Shown piece after piece: positions 20,271-30,692 of a stretch of DNA of 64,000 bases; within the stretch, counting starts at the first letter, position 1, and the number at the start of each line of letters is the position of its first letter. Both the position numbers and the translations under genes were made by a program. The DNA is from an uncultured Acidobacteriota bacterium (GTDB lineage: Bacteria; Acidobacteriota; UBA6911): assembly GCA_963809485.1 (NCBI GenBank), contig CAWEJX010000020.1:1248001-1312000 (forward strand), given 5' to 3'. The notes under the pieces were generated by a model. That model was given only the letters and a program-made list of their open reading frames with translations. It did not search any database and had not been told where the DNA came from.

Positions 20271-23200
20271 TTAATCTCCTGGCGAACTCAAAGGAATCCG
20301 GACCGTGACGGTTGCGCCGCGTCCGGGCATTGTCTCGAGCGAAAATTCTCCGTTGACCAGCCGCGCACGTTCCTGCATACTGATCAAGCCCAGTCCGCTT
20401 GTGTCCTGCGCCGAATGCACATCAAATCCAATTCCATTGTCCCGAATGGAGAGCGACAACTGGTTCGAACCTCCGGTCAACGCGATACTCACGGAGGTCT
20501 TGCCCGCATGCTTGGCGACATTGCGCAGAGCTTCCTGAACGATGCGGTATACGGCGCTTGCGACCTCCGCTGGAATTTGAGCCGGTACTTTACGGGGCAT
20601 AAATTGGACCGGGATTCCCTCGCGCTCGTTGAATTCGCTGATGTAAGAGCGCAACGCAACGGCGAGTCCGAGGTGATCGAGCGCCGACGGATGCAGCTCA
20701 TAGGCAATCCTGCGGATGTCGTTGGAGAGCGTCTCAATCTCGTCGCGGAGAATCAGCAGCTGTTTCTTCATTTCTTTTGGATCGTGGGGAAGCTGCTGTT
20801 CCAGCGTCTCCAGGTCAAACTGCAGCTTGGCTACCTTTTGGCTCAAATCGTCGTGCAACTCCCTGGAAACGCGGCGGCGCTCGTCCGCCTGAGTTTGCAG
20901 AAGCTTGGCGGTTAAGGCGCGCAATTCATTGCGGCTCCGCAGCAAGGCAGACTCACTCTCGTGCAAAGCCGTTTCTCCGGACTCCAGGCTGCGCCGGAGC
21001 TGTTCCTGTTCATGGATCAGAACCTGCTCTGCCCGTCTCTGAGCGGTGATATCCTCCACCGCCATGAGGATTTGACTTTCGCCATCCGGCTGGACACTAT
21101 GCGCATGGATCAAGAGCGTTCGCTTGCCCGATCGGGGAAACTCCTGTTCGATTTCGAATCCTTCAACCGGTTTCTGACTCGAAGCGAGCTTCTCCAAAGC
21201 GGCGTGGAGTTTGGGAAGGTTCCATCGGCCTCCCGCTATCTCATAAATAAACCGGTTTTCGATTTCGGCACTCTGCAGGCCGTACGACTCGCAGAAGGCA
21301 CGATTCGCCATTCTGAGCCGCAAATCGCTGCGAAGCACAACCAGAGGCGTTTGGATCGATTCGACGACCGACTCGGCGAATGCGCGCGCGGCATCGGCTT
21401 TTATCTGCGCGCGCCGGATCTGGTCAATGTCAATCAGGACCAGTACGGAACCCTCGACCCGGTTGTCGGCAGTCCGATAAGGGCGAACGCGCAACAGGCG
21501 CCAACGTCCCTCGAGATCCTGAAGCTCCACTTCTTCGGCCTTCAACGTCTCCATCACGTGCCGCACCAAAAGCTCCAGGTTATCGACGTTCAGCGGGATC
21601 CGAATGTCCGTGATCGGCCGTCCGATGTCGCCGGATCGGATATTGAGAAGCGGCTCGACCGCAGTCGTCATCCTCCGGATACGAAGCTCGTTGTCGAGCA
21701 TCAAAATCGGCAGAGTTGTGCTGCTCAGAAGATTAGTGAGGTCGTCGCCGAGGCGTCTCAAATCCCGATTCCGGTCCTGCAACTCCGCGTTCAGTGTGTT
21801 CAATTCCTCATTGCTCGACTGCAGCTCTTCCTTCGAAGTTTCCAGTTCTTCGTTGATACTCTGCAGCTCCTCGTTGCTTGACTGTATCTCTTCATTTGCG
21901 GAAGTGGTGTCCTGGTTTGCCGAATCGCGCTCGTCAATGAGGGACTGCATGCGCTGGCTGGTCAGCAGGAGCTCCTGCTTTAGGCGCTGTACTTCGGACG
22001 GATCCGCCTTCAATGCACGGGGGGTTCGTGTATTTAAGGATCCTGAAGGCGGCGTTTCCCTATCGTTTGGGGTGGTAAAGAACAAAACCAGGAATCGATC
22101 ACGAGGCCCCGATGAACCGGCAATACGGCGCACTTCCAGCCGAACGCCGCGGATCTCGTTCCCGTCTTTCGCCTGAAAAACAGCCAAATGGACCGATCCA
22201 TCTTCACGTTTTGCTTTTGTCAGCAATCTCCGCAACTCGCCCCGAATGGATTCCCGCGCCATATTAAGCAGTGAAAATGTGGCCCGTCCTTGAGCAAGCT
22301 GCAAAAATGGACTTGTGTCACCGTGGGAGTGGATAATCTCAAGATTTTCGTTCACTATCACCCATGCCGGTCCGTACTCGGACAGAACGAGGCGCTCGGC
22401 CGCTTTTTCCAGTTCCTCCTGGAGCTCCCTCTCCCGGCGGGAAGGGGTCGAAAGGACGAGGTTTCCCGGCTGCTCGCCCTCGAATCCGCCGCGAATCATA
22501 TCCATGCTTACATGAGCACGATCGGACTTCCTGATGTAAAACTTGTGCTGCTTGTCGACGATCGAAAAAAGGTCCGGGAAGCGTTGCACACCCTCCGAAT
22601 GACCCAATATAAGATAGCCTTCCGGCCTCAGGGAAAAATGAAACGTAGCGATCACCCTGCTCTGCATGTCGGAGTTGAAATAAATCAAGACATTCCGGCA
22701 ACTGATCAGATCGAGACGGGAGAACGGCGGATCCGCCAACAGATTCTGGCGCGCGAAGACACACATTTCACGAATTGACTTGATGATCTGGCAACCATTC
22801 TCCACGCGCTTGAAAAAACGCTCTTGCCGCTCCCGCGACAGTCTGGCGACCTGGGCTTCCGGATAAATTGCAGTTCGAGCTATCGAAATACCGCGCTCGC
22901 TGAGGTCTGTGCCGAAAATCTGGATAGGGACGGCAGCGGAAAACCTCTGAATCGATTCGGCCAGACACATTGCGATCGAGTAAGCCTCCTCGCCGGTCGA
23001 ACAGCCGGGCACCCATACGCGCACCGGCAAGGTTTTTTTATGTTCCTTCAATAGCCGGGGCAGGATTTCATTTTCGAGCGCCTGGAAAGTCTCAGGATCA
23101 CGGAAGAAGCCTGTGACGCTAATAAGAATGTCCTCGTACAATGCGAGCAGTTCCGAGCGGCTGGACTCAAGCTCGGACCGGTATGCATTCAAATCCTGAT

Positions 23201-24038
23201 GGCGCTGAAGAATCATACGGCGATTGATGCGGCGCTGGATCGTTCCGACCTTATAGCCGCGAAAATCGACGCCGGTGGCCGCCCGCAGGAGCGCGAAGAT
23301 CATGCCCAGTTGGTTTTCTTCCGAACGGGCTTTCACGGAAACTTCCGGCGGTTCGCGTTCCGTCAGTGCAGGGTGCCTGCCGATCCTCCCCAGGGCATCC
23401 CCCATCGCTTCCGGCGGCAGGATCAGGTCGACCGATCCTGCGCCCAGAGCGGCTCGCGGCATTTCAGGATGCTTGGCCGAACTTTCGCTTTGAACGATGG
23501 CAATGCCGCCCTCATCCCGTATAGCCTGAAGACCCATAGCGCCATCTGAGTCCGCGCCGGACAGGACCACTCCGATTGCAGCTGCCTTTCGGCCTGCCGC
23601 CAGGGAGTGAAAAAAGTAATCGATCGGCCTGGGCGCGCCACGCTCCTCCGGGCGAGGTTCGAGTTCCAGGACACCGCCCGCAAAGCGCATCAAAACATTG
23701 GGGGGGATAACATAAACGTGGTTGGGCTTCACCGGAGTGCCGTGCTCAACCTCCTCCACCGGCATCGCGGTGGAGCGCAATAAAAGCGAAGCCAGCATGC
23801 TGGCATGCTGAGGAGCAAGGTGCTGGATAAAAACGAAGGCCATCCCGGTATCCGCGGGAAGGTGCCGCAGGAAACCGGTGAAGGCCTCCAGCCCTCCGGC
23901 GGAGGCGCCAACACCGACAACAGGAAAAGACGTCTTGGCCGGTGTGCCCGGTTCATCGATCGTTCCTATAGCGAGCGCGGCATCCTGCATTAAAGGCTCA
24001 ACCTTGGGCGCCTGGCGTGAGGTTTTTGTTTTTGCCAT
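20271..24038 (-). CDS. CheB/CheR fusion with PAS domains and HisKA_3 kinase
   Basis: GASAGG (CheB), PGCSTGEE and ISCRNVLIY (CheR), QSSNEEL coiled coil, RELHDD and GLGL. Confidence 0.93.
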   Translation of the reverse strand: MAKTKTSRQAPKVEPLMQDAALAIGTIDEPGTPAKTSFPVVGVGASAGGLEAFTGFLRHLPADTGMAFVFIQHLAPQHASMLASLLLRSTAMPVEEVEHGTPVKPNHVYVIPPNVLMRFAGGVLELEPRPEERGAPRPIDYFFHSLAAGRKAAAIGVVLSGADSDGAMGLQAIRDEGGIAIVQSESSAKHPEMPRAALGAGSVDLILPPEAMGDALGRIGRHPALTEREPPEVSVKARSEENQLGMIFALLRAATGVDFRGYKVGTIQRRINRRMILQRHQDLNAYRSELESSRSELLALYEDILISVTGFFRDPETFQALENEILPRLLKEHKKTLPVRVWVPGCSTGEEAYSIAMCLAESIQRFSAAVPIQIFGTDLSERGISIARTAIYPEAQVARLSRERQERFFKRVENGCQIIKSIREMCVFARQNLLADPPFSRLDLISCRNVLIYFNSDMQSRVIATFHFSLRPEGYLILGHSEGVQRFPDLFSIVDKQHKFYIRKSDRAHVSMDMIRGGFEGEQPGNLVLSTPSRRERELQEELEKAAERLVLSEYGPAWVIVNENLEIIHSHGDTSPFLQLAQGRATFSLLNMARESIRGELRRLLTKAKREDGSVHLAVFQAKDGNEIRGVRLEVRRIAGSSGPRDRFLVLFFTTPNDRETPPSGSLNTRTPRALKADPSEVQRLKQELLLTSQRMQSLIDERDSANQDTTSANEEIQSSNEELQSINEELETSKEELQSSNEELNTLNAELQDRNRDLRRLGDDLTNLLSSTTLPILMLDNELRIRRMTTAVEPLLNIRSGDIGRPITDIRIPLNVDNLELLVRHVMETLKAEEVELQDLEGRWRLLRVRPYRTADNRVEGSVLVLIDIDQIRRAQIKADAARAFAESVVESIQTPLVVLRSDLRLRMANRAFCESYGLQSAEIENRFIYEIAGGRWNLPKLHAALEKLASSQKPVEGFEIEQEFPRSGKRTLLIHAHSVQPDGESQILMAVEDITAQRRAEQVLIHEQEQLRRSLESGETALHESESALLRSRNELRALTAKLLQTQADERRRVSRELHDDLSQKVAKLQFDLETLEQQLPHDPKEMKKQLLILRDEIETLSNDIRRIAYELHPSALDHLGLAVALRSYISEFNEREGIPVQFMPRKVPAQIPAEVASAVYRIVQEALRNVAKHAGKTSVSIALTGGSNQLSLSIRDNGIGFDVHSAQDTSGLGLISMQERARLVNGEFSLETMPGRGATVTVRIPLSSPGD

Positions 24039-24218
24039 AAATCATCCGCTATGTGAGAGAGCATCTTAAATGATGCATCCCTTAAGAGTACAGAGTCAAT
24101 CCAGGGCGTCGGCAATTAATCCGCATTTCTCGCCGGGTTTCACAGCAAGGCGCACTTCCATATAAATCCGAAGGAAAGGAAATAAGTGAAATAAAAGCCG
24201 CTAACGGGCCGGCATAGA

Positions 24219-24503
24219 TCATGTGTATAGGAAGTGCTTTGAAGTGGCGACGAGCTTTGCCACAAGCTGCTTCATCATCGGACAGACCGCGACAAACCGG
24301 GCGCCGCGCCGGCACATGAGGGCCAGCAGATACTTGCCCGGCGTGTCCACGAAATCGACGTCTGTTAAATCGATCACAAGCTGTTTTTTCCCGTCGAGTT
24401 TCCGCCAGTACTGTTCCAGCTCAAGGACCCATGCCTCTTTGAGCTTCCCTTCAAGCTTCAGTCGTCTGGTCCCGTTCACTTCATAAGTCGTGATTTTTAA
24501 CAT
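24219..24503 (-). CDS. STAS-domain (anti-anti-sigma-like) protein
   Basis: LKLEGKL...IDLTDVDFVDTPG STAS motif; AGGAGG RBS. Confidence 0.8.
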   Translation of the reverse strand: MLKITTYEVNGTRRLKLEGKLKEAWVLELEQYWRKLDGKKQLVIDLTDVDFVDTPGKYLLALMCRRGARFVAVCPMMKQLVAKLVATSKHFLYT

Positions 24504-24649
24504 TGTGAATCCCCTCCTGAAAATCATACATGGCAAAAGCATGCCATCGGGGGTATGTCATTGATTTTCGAGAATGATACGCCAGCAGCTCGCATGGAAG
24601 ATCGGCTCTCAGCGATCGTGCTAAAGGGTATGTATTGCCCGACAGACAG

Positions 24650-25306
24650 TCAGTCGTGTAGGACCACGCTCAGTAGGCCGCTATGGACGGTCAATCCATT
24701 ATCACTATAATCGATAAAGCCGTGTTCCCTGAATCTGTTCATAAAATGGCTGACTCGCGACCGGGTTGTGCCGACCATTTGCGCAAGAGTATCCTGATTT
24801 ACTTTGGGGACTACGGATTCGGCTTTGCTTTCCTTGCCAAAATGCGAAAGTAACAGGAGGACCCGGGCCAGACGCTTTTCGCTGGAATTGAAAAGCTGGT
24901 CTACCAGGTCTTCCTCATACCGGGTGTTGCGCGTAAGCAGGTGCTTGACAAATATTTCCGAAATATCGTGATGCTCATGGAGCATCCGCGCCATAAGCAG
25001 CTTGTCAATCTTGTCAAGGGTGCAATCGGTCATTGCAACGGCCGTCGCCATGCGCAAAGGCTGCCCTGTGAGGCATCCCTCGCCGAAGAACTCACCGGTG
25101 CCCAGAACCGCAATGATCGCCTCTTTGCCCTGTTGGGATATAACCGAGAGCTTTACTTTGCCCCGCCGGAGGTAGAACAAAGAATCTGCAGGCTGCCCCT
25201 GACGGAAGACGGTACGGTCCAGACCGCATTCTATAATGGTCTTCCCGCGGAAAATGCCGTTGAGCAGGGCTTCCCACTCGATAGGCTTCTCATTTTTCAC
25301 CACCAT
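24650..25306 (-). CDS. Crp/Fnr family transcriptional regulator (paralog 1)
   Basis: cNMP domain (FFGEGCL...RMATA) and HTH LAQMVGTTRSRVSHF. Confidence 0.93.
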   Translation of the reverse strand: MVVKNEKPIEWEALLNGIFRGKTIIECGLDRTVFRQGQPADSLFYLRRGKVKLSVISQQGKEAIIAVLGTGEFFGEGCLTGQPLRMATAVAMTDCTLDKIDKLLMARMLHEHHDISEIFVKHLLTRNTRYEEDLVDQLFNSSEKRLARVLLLLSHFGKESKAESVVPKVNQDTLAQMVGTTRSRVSHFMNRFREHGFIDYSDNGLTVHSGLLSVVLHD

Positions 25307-25522
25307 AGCAACCTCCTTCCGAGACCGACGAGTAGCCAGGCAACCACATGCCCGCAACCTTTAAACTGATCTACCAAGCCCCGGGAAAATTAGTCTGGGA
25401 AATTTGAAACGCATCTTTTCGAATCGTCTCCCGTCCAGACTGGTCCTGCATCTTTAGTCAGGTTAGCAGTTTGTGTCCGCAAGGAGAACTAGGCAGGTGC
25501 ATGGTTTAAGCCGGAATAGAGC

Positions 25523-25722
25523 CTAGCCCTGCATTTCATATACGACTTCGACTGCGGTGGGCGGATCTTCAGTGAGACTGCAGAGACAGGCGAGAGTGTT
25601 GCTCGGAAGGACACCGCGCAAACGCCGGATTACATAGCCCTCGTCATCATATTTGGAGGGCTTGATCAGCACACTGGTAAGGTGACGGCACGCGATGCGC
25701 CTTTGGTAGGTTTGCCGGGTCA
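25523..25722 (-). pseudogene. N-terminal fragment of a B12-binding radical SAM protein
   Basis: LIKPSKYDDEGYVI...GVLPSNTLA motif, then truncated. Confidence 0.6.
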
Positions 25723-25799
25723 TAACGTCGAATGCTTCCACGCTCCTGTTTGTCCGGAAGACTTCATAGATCACTCTTGTCCAAATAGCATTCGGTTTC

Positions 25800-25996
25800 T
25801 AAGGGCCGGAGGCCCGGCAGAAAATAGCCAGGGATGAGCGCAGCGAACCCCTGGTAGGAATTAGCAAAGGCAAGAGCCCTGGAAGGGCGAAAGAATGCGT
25901 CCTTTCGCCCTTTCCAGGGCTCCTTTCTTCGCCATGGGAACCAGGGGTTCGCTGCGCTCACCCCTGGCTATTCTCTTGCCGCCCCTATCGGGGCTT
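25800..25996. repeat. Long REP-like palindrome
   Basis: Nested inverted repeats tagccaggg-tgagcgcagcgaacccctgg ... gagccctggaagggcgaaag / ctttcgccctttccagggctc ... ccaggggttcgctgcgctcacccctggcta. Confidence 0.8.
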
Positions 25997-26159
25997 GCTA
26001 CCAACCTCATCCTTGCACGGGCACTTCAGGCACCATAAGTCTAATTCTTTCAATGAGCCTTCTGTTTCTCACCGGCAAATTTGGGCAGCACTGTTCAGAG
26101 ATAAATCGTGATCGACGGAGCTCCTCATGGATCGGGATTTGCAATGGAAAAACAGGAAG

Positions 26160-26498
26160 CTAGGTCGACTGGATCTTCTCAATCTCCCCCGCAATGGATT
26201 TTCTGGCCGCCGCTAAGGCCTGTCGAAGATCGACAATCTTACCGTCGGTCCAATCCATCCCGCTGGCGAGCCCCTGTTGCAGCTTTTCTTCAATATCCCC
26301 GATGATATTATCGATGGAATGCTGCAACTCAAGCCGGGCAGCTTCCACCTTATTCCCCGCCTTTTCCGCGAACTGACGGATGTCGCGACGCGTTTTGCGT
26401 CCAGACTGGGGAGCGAACAGGAGCGCCAATCCCGCTCCCAACAACGTGCCCGCTATCAATGCAGCAGCGGTGTTCTTATTGATGACTTCATCGGCCAT
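26160..26498 (-). CDS. YtxH-domain general stress protein
   Basis: GAGLALLFAPQSGRKTR signature followed by a coiled coil. Confidence 0.9.
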   Translation of the reverse strand: MADEVINKNTAAALIAGTLLGAGLALLFAPQSGRKTRRDIRQFAEKAGNKVEAARLELQHSIDNIIGDIEEKLQQGLASGMDWTDGKIVDLRQALAAARKSIAGEIEKIQST

Positions 26499-26575
26499 AG
26501 ATTCTTCCCTTTCCAGAGGTAAACGGTTCCAACTGACAGCGATGAGGCTATCAGTTCTTTAACAATTCCAAATCC

Positions 26576-26641
26576 ATTATTCGCAAAAGCGATTCGACAA
26601 GTCTGCTCAGTTCTGCTCACGATTATGTTCAAAATTGATCA
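26576..26641 (-). promoter_or_regulatory. Tandem-box promoter copy A (YtxH gene)
   Basis: TGATCAATTTTGAACA-N6-TGAGCAGAACTGAGCAGACT-N18-AATAAT. Confidence 0.75.
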
Positions 26642-26753
26642 CCCTGAATGCAGGGCAGATCGCGCCTCAATGAGCCATCGGATAAAACTGGCCAGCCGGC
26701 ATGTTTTTGGCCCGGTCTGGCGAGAATCTTAATCAGCTCTGCCCGTTGGCGGA

Positions 26754-26818
26754 TGAGCAATTTTGACCAGACAGATGAGCCATACGGAACTGACGCATGG
26801 ATCGCCAACGGGTATAAG
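26754..26818 (+). promoter_or_regulatory. Tandem-box promoter copy B
   Basis: TGAGCAATTTTGACCA-N6-TGAGCCATACGGAACTGACG-N17-TATAAG. Confidence 0.85.
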
Positions 26819-26985
26819 GAGTGTGACGCTACCCGCCAACCATAACTTGAGGGAGGCGGATGTGCGAGAGAGCAAAGAAGAAATGGTGGGCGGCCGGTAA
26901 AATATGCCGGTCGGCTGACGAATTTTACAAAAGCGAACCTTTTGCACCTGCAGCCAATTTGGCAGGTTGGGAATAGGAGAATGAA

Positions 26986-27468
26986 ATGTTTCGAGCAAAT
27001 AAAGGGAAATGGGCCAGGATTGCATTAATGTTTCTGGCGACAGGGGTGTTGGGAATTAGTATGATGCCGCTCGCTTTAGGCGCTAATCCCAACAAAAAAG
27101 CGCAGGAAGCTCTGCGCGACAAGGGCTATTACAGCGGGCAGATTGATGGCATCATAGGTCCCCAAACCCGGGCAGGGATTCGCCAATATCAGAAGTCCGA
27201 GAATCTGCCTGTCACAGGAAAGCTTGATGGCGAGACTTCCGGCAAGCTCGGATTGGGACCGGAATCGGTGGGCGGCAGTTTCAAAGGCGCTGGCCAGGAG
27301 GTCGGAATGGGTGGCGCGGAAATGGGCCACGAGATGAAGAAAGGCAAACCCATCGCCGCAGGCAAAGAAATGGGCAAAGGTGTAGGCCGCGCCGGCACTG
27401 AAGTGGGCCAGGCAGTCACAAAGGCTGTCAGTACCGATAGCGACCGCGGAGACCGAGAAAAGAAGTAA
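26986..27468 (+). CDS. Secreted peptidoglycan-binding domain protein
   Basis: Signal peptide; AQEALRDKGYYSGQIDGIIGPQTRAGIRQYQ...LPVTGKLD; Gly/Lys-rich tail. Confidence 0.88.
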   Translation: MFRANKGKWARIALMFLATGVLGISMMPLALGANPNKKAQEALRDKGYYSGQIDGIIGPQTRAGIRQYQKSENLPVTGKLDGETSGKLGLGPESVGGSFKGAGQEVGMGGAEMGHEMKKGKPIAAGKEMGKGVGRAGTEVGQAVTKAVSTDSDRGDREKK

Positions 27469-27575
27469 CCCACTCCGAACGAAAAAGGCCTTCTGCCCTT
27501 GAGTTCTCCAAACTCCAATTGTGCGGCCACCGGAAGCGCATCTGGGCAGAAGGGCCGAAACAAAGGAGAAAGAAA

Positions 27576-28115
27576 ATGAATAACAAACGTTTGGTGTACT
27601 CTGTTCTTGGTGCAGTACTGGCCCTCGCCGGCGCGATGATACTGTCCGCTTGCTCCGGCACTAATCTGGATGCCAAAGCCATTGAGGACAAATACGGCGT
27701 GAGCGGCGCCACTACGGAGAATATTCTGACCGCGGATGGAGCCATAATGTCCGCTACTGTTGTGCCCGTCACGCTCCCGGATGGCCGTAAGGCACAACTG
27801 GTTATTCCCCAGCAAGGCGACAGTCATTCGGTGTATCTACGGGATGAGGCTGGCATGTATCAAGTCCAACTCCAGGATCGCAATGTGAGCCGGGACCAGT
27901 TTATTCGCTCCAATCCAACCGTCGTGGAACGAAGAGCAGTGCCTCAAAGCCCCAAGAAGCGTGCCTGGGAAAAGGAAGCATTAATTATTGGCGGCGGCGC
28001 CGCGGCCGGCGCAGGTATTGGGGCATTGGCAGGAGGTGGCAAGGGTGCCGGCATTGGAGCGGCCACCGGAGGCATTGCCGGACTCATTTATGATCTCACC
28101 ACCCGCAACAAGTAA
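27576..28115 (+). CDS. Lipoprotein with C-terminal glycine zipper
   Basis: LSAC lipobox; IGGGAAAGAGIGALAGGGKGAGIGA. Confidence 0.85.
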   Translation: MNNKRLVYSVLGAVLALAGAMILSACSGTNLDAKAIEDKYGVSGATTENILTADGAIMSATVVPVTLPDGRKAQLVIPQQGDSHSVYLRDEAGMYQVQLQDRNVSRDQFIRSNPTVVERRAVPQSPKKRAWEKEALIIGGGAAAGAGIGALAGGGKGAGIGAATGGIAGLIYDLTTRNK

Positions 28116-28669
28116 CATCCGACGGAGCGCATGAGAGCTCCGTCGATTTTGGGCTGGAGATCATCCGGATAATTTGAGAGCAGGATTTGCAGCCATAGGC
28201 TAATCAACACTCCACCCGCAGAGCGGGCGGTTTCAGGAAGCCCCAAAGATGGGGGCAACGCCCCAAAGGGGCTTTCCGAATCAGAAACGCACGCCGTAAC
28301 GGCAGAGAGTTTTCGACTCGCCAGAGGCAGCGATTTACCCTGATGCGAATTATTGAGGATCAGGAGCAACATACTAATCAGCTCATTGGTAAGCAGACAC
28401 GATGGATGGAAAACAGGATTTAAATAAAGCAAACACAAATTGCGCGAAGCCAATTCTGTGCCCGCGCACGCATGGGCTGCCAGGTACTAAGACATGCGTA
28501 CAATTTGTGGAATTCGTGGCAAGGCTTTTCCTTTAACGTATCCAGTCTTCCTGAACACCTAAAATCCGGAAGCCGGGGAGGCGCAACTAACGGACTCCGA
28601 ACCCGAAAGGCATTTTGTTGAGACTATCCGCCATTCAGTCGCCGGGCCGATAAGCATCCAACCTATCGA

Positions 28670-30499
28670 GTGACTATGACGCCGCATGCTGCCAAGAAAT
28701 CTAAAGGTATCAACATCATCGACTTCTTACGGCCCCACTGGAAAGCACTGACCCTGGCCTTGTTGGCGATGGCTGGCGCAGCCGCAACCGACTTGCTCGA
28801 ACCTTGGCCTTTAAAGATCGTTCTCGATTACGTGCTTCAGTCCAAACGGCCACCCGGTTGGATGAGCGCAATGGTCACCTGGATCGGGCAGGATAAGCTG
28901 GCTGTCCTCAACTTCGCCGTGGCGGCGGTGGCGCTCATCGCCATAGTGGGCGCGCTCAGCTCCCTGGTGGAGAAATACCTCTCCACCAGCGTCGGCCAAT
29001 GGGTCATGCACGACCTGCGGCGCACGCTCTATCACCACATCCACCGCCTATCGCTGGCCGAGCACGACGAGAAAAGGACCGGCGACCTCATCGGCCGGGT
29101 GACGAGCGACATCGAAGCTATCCAGAGCTTTGTCACCACGGCGCTGTTGGGCATCTTATCCAGTGTCCTCACCCTGCTGGGCATAATCGGGGTCATGCTT
29201 TACCTGAACTGGCGTTTCACGCTCATTTCGCTCTCCATTGCGCCCGTGCTCTTCGTGGTAGTTTACATTTTCACCCGGCGCATCAAAAAAGCCTCGCGCG
29301 ACGTAAGAAAGAAGGAGAGCGAACTGGTTTCGATTGTCGAGGAGGTATTTTCCTCGATCCGCGTGGTCAAGGCCTTTGCCCGTGAAGACTACGAAGAGCG
29401 CCGCTTCGAGCGCCAGAGCCTGGAAAATGTCGAGATGGCCCTCGTTGCGCGAAGCATCAAGATGAAGCTCCCACCTATCGTCGAGATTGTCGTAGCGACG
29501 GGGACCTGTTTGATGCTCGGTTACGGCGCGCGCCTGGTCCTGGCGGGACAACTCACCGTCGGCGCGCTGGTCGTTTTTTTGCTCTACTTGGGCAAAATGT
29601 ATAAGCCCATGCGTGACCTTTCCAAAATGACGGACACGGTCTCAAAGGCAGCGGTGGGGTTCGAGCGGATCCGCGAGGTTCTGGAGACCGAGAGCGGGAT
29701 GCGTGACCAGCCGGGCTCACGCCCGGCCGCACGCTTCAAGGGCAAAATCGAATTTGACAAGGTCTCGTTTGGGTACAATCAAGACCAATTGATCCTGAAA
29801 AATATAAGCTTCGAGATTGAGCCGGGCCAGGTGGCGGCATTCGTCGGCCCGACGGGGGGAGGCAAAACGACCATCATCAGCCTGGTTGCGCGCTTCTACG
29901 ATCCCATCTCCGGGGAAGTCAAAATCGACGGGACGAACATACGAAACTACACCATGAAATCGCTTCGCCAGCAGATTAGTTTTGTTTTGCAGGAGACGCT
30001 TCTGTTCCGCGCACCCGTATGGCAAAACATCGCCTATGGCCGCCCGGAAGCCGGCCGCGCGGAGATTATCAGCGCCGCAAAACTGGCCAACGCCGACGAA
30101 TTCATTGAGGAGATGCCCGAGGGCTACGACACGATGGTCGGCGAACGCGGCGTGACGCTTTCCGGGGGCCAGCGCCAGCGTATCGCCATCGCGCGGGCCG
30201 TTATCCGCAATACTCCCATCCTGGTTCTGGACGAGCCCACATCAGGACTGGACGCCGTGTCCGAGCATGCCGTGTTCGAAGCCCTCGACCGTTTGATGGA
30301 AGGTAAGACTTGCATCGTCATCGCACACCACTTGGCGACGATCCGGCGCGCCATAATTATCTTTGTGGTGAAAGACAATACTCTGGTCGAACGTGGCACC
30401 CACGACGAGCTGCTGGCAGCAGGCGGCCCCTATTCGGAACTCTACGACATCCAGTTTCGCAGGGAAGATCCCCAAGCGGCGGACAGGCAAAAAACTTAG
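28670..30499 (+). CDS. ABC exporter, fused permease/ATPase (MsbA-like)
   Basis: TM domain plus GPTGGGKT, LSGGQRQR and LDEPTS. Confidence 0.93.
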   Translation: MTMTPHAAKKSKGINIIDFLRPHWKALTLALLAMAGAAATDLLEPWPLKIVLDYVLQSKRPPGWMSAMVTWIGQDKLAVLNFAVAAVALIAIVGALSSLVEKYLSTSVGQWVMHDLRRTLYHHIHRLSLAEHDEKRTGDLIGRVTSDIEAIQSFVTTALLGILSSVLTLLGIIGVMLYLNWRFTLISLSIAPVLFVVVYIFTRRIKKASRDVRKKESELVSIVEEVFSSIRVVKAFAREDYEERRFERQSLENVEMALVARSIKMKLPPIVEIVVATGTCLMLGYGARLVLAGQLTVGALVVFLLYLGKMYKPMRDLSKMTDTVSKAAVGFERIREVLETESGMRDQPGSRPAARFKGKIEFDKVSFGYNQDQLILKNISFEIEPGQVAAFVGPTGGGKTTIISLVARFYDPISGEVKIDGTNIRNYTMKSLRQQISFVLQETLLFRAPVWQNIAYGRPEAGRAEIISAAKLANADEFIEEMPEGYDTMVGERGVTLSGGQRQRIAIARAVIRNTPILVLDEPTSGLDAVSEHAVFEALDRLMEGKTCIVIAHHLATIRRAIIIFVVKDNTLVERGTHDELLAAGGPYSELYDIQFRREDPQAADRQKT

Positions 30500-30692
30500 C
30501 CCACATTTCTCAGGGTGTCGCGGCGAGGCGGCGCAGACGGTCATGGATACAAGGCGCGCGACCGAGAGCCCCGAACGTGAGTAACGGGTCTCCGGACCTG
30601 TCCGATTCGGTTCTCAATACATAAGCCGTACGGCTGCTGGAGAGCCGTCCTCACATGTACGTCGAGGCTCCCGAAGGTGCCGCATGGATCGG

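Noticed and set aside
20238-22778. Long plus-strand ORFs (225, 306 and 190 aa), and likewise 60587-61603
   Set aside because: Antisense shadows of the CheB/CheR kinase and transposase genes.
24531-24546. Sigma54 promoter upstream of the STAS gene (TGGCATGCTTTTGC)
   Set aside because: GG-to-GC spacing is 9 nt rather than the required 10.
28550-28660. c-di-AMP or c-di-GMP riboswitch before the ABC exporter
   Set aside because: Only CTGAA and CCGAACCCG fragments match; the GTCAGCTAAC and GGGACGCAAAGCC cores are missing.
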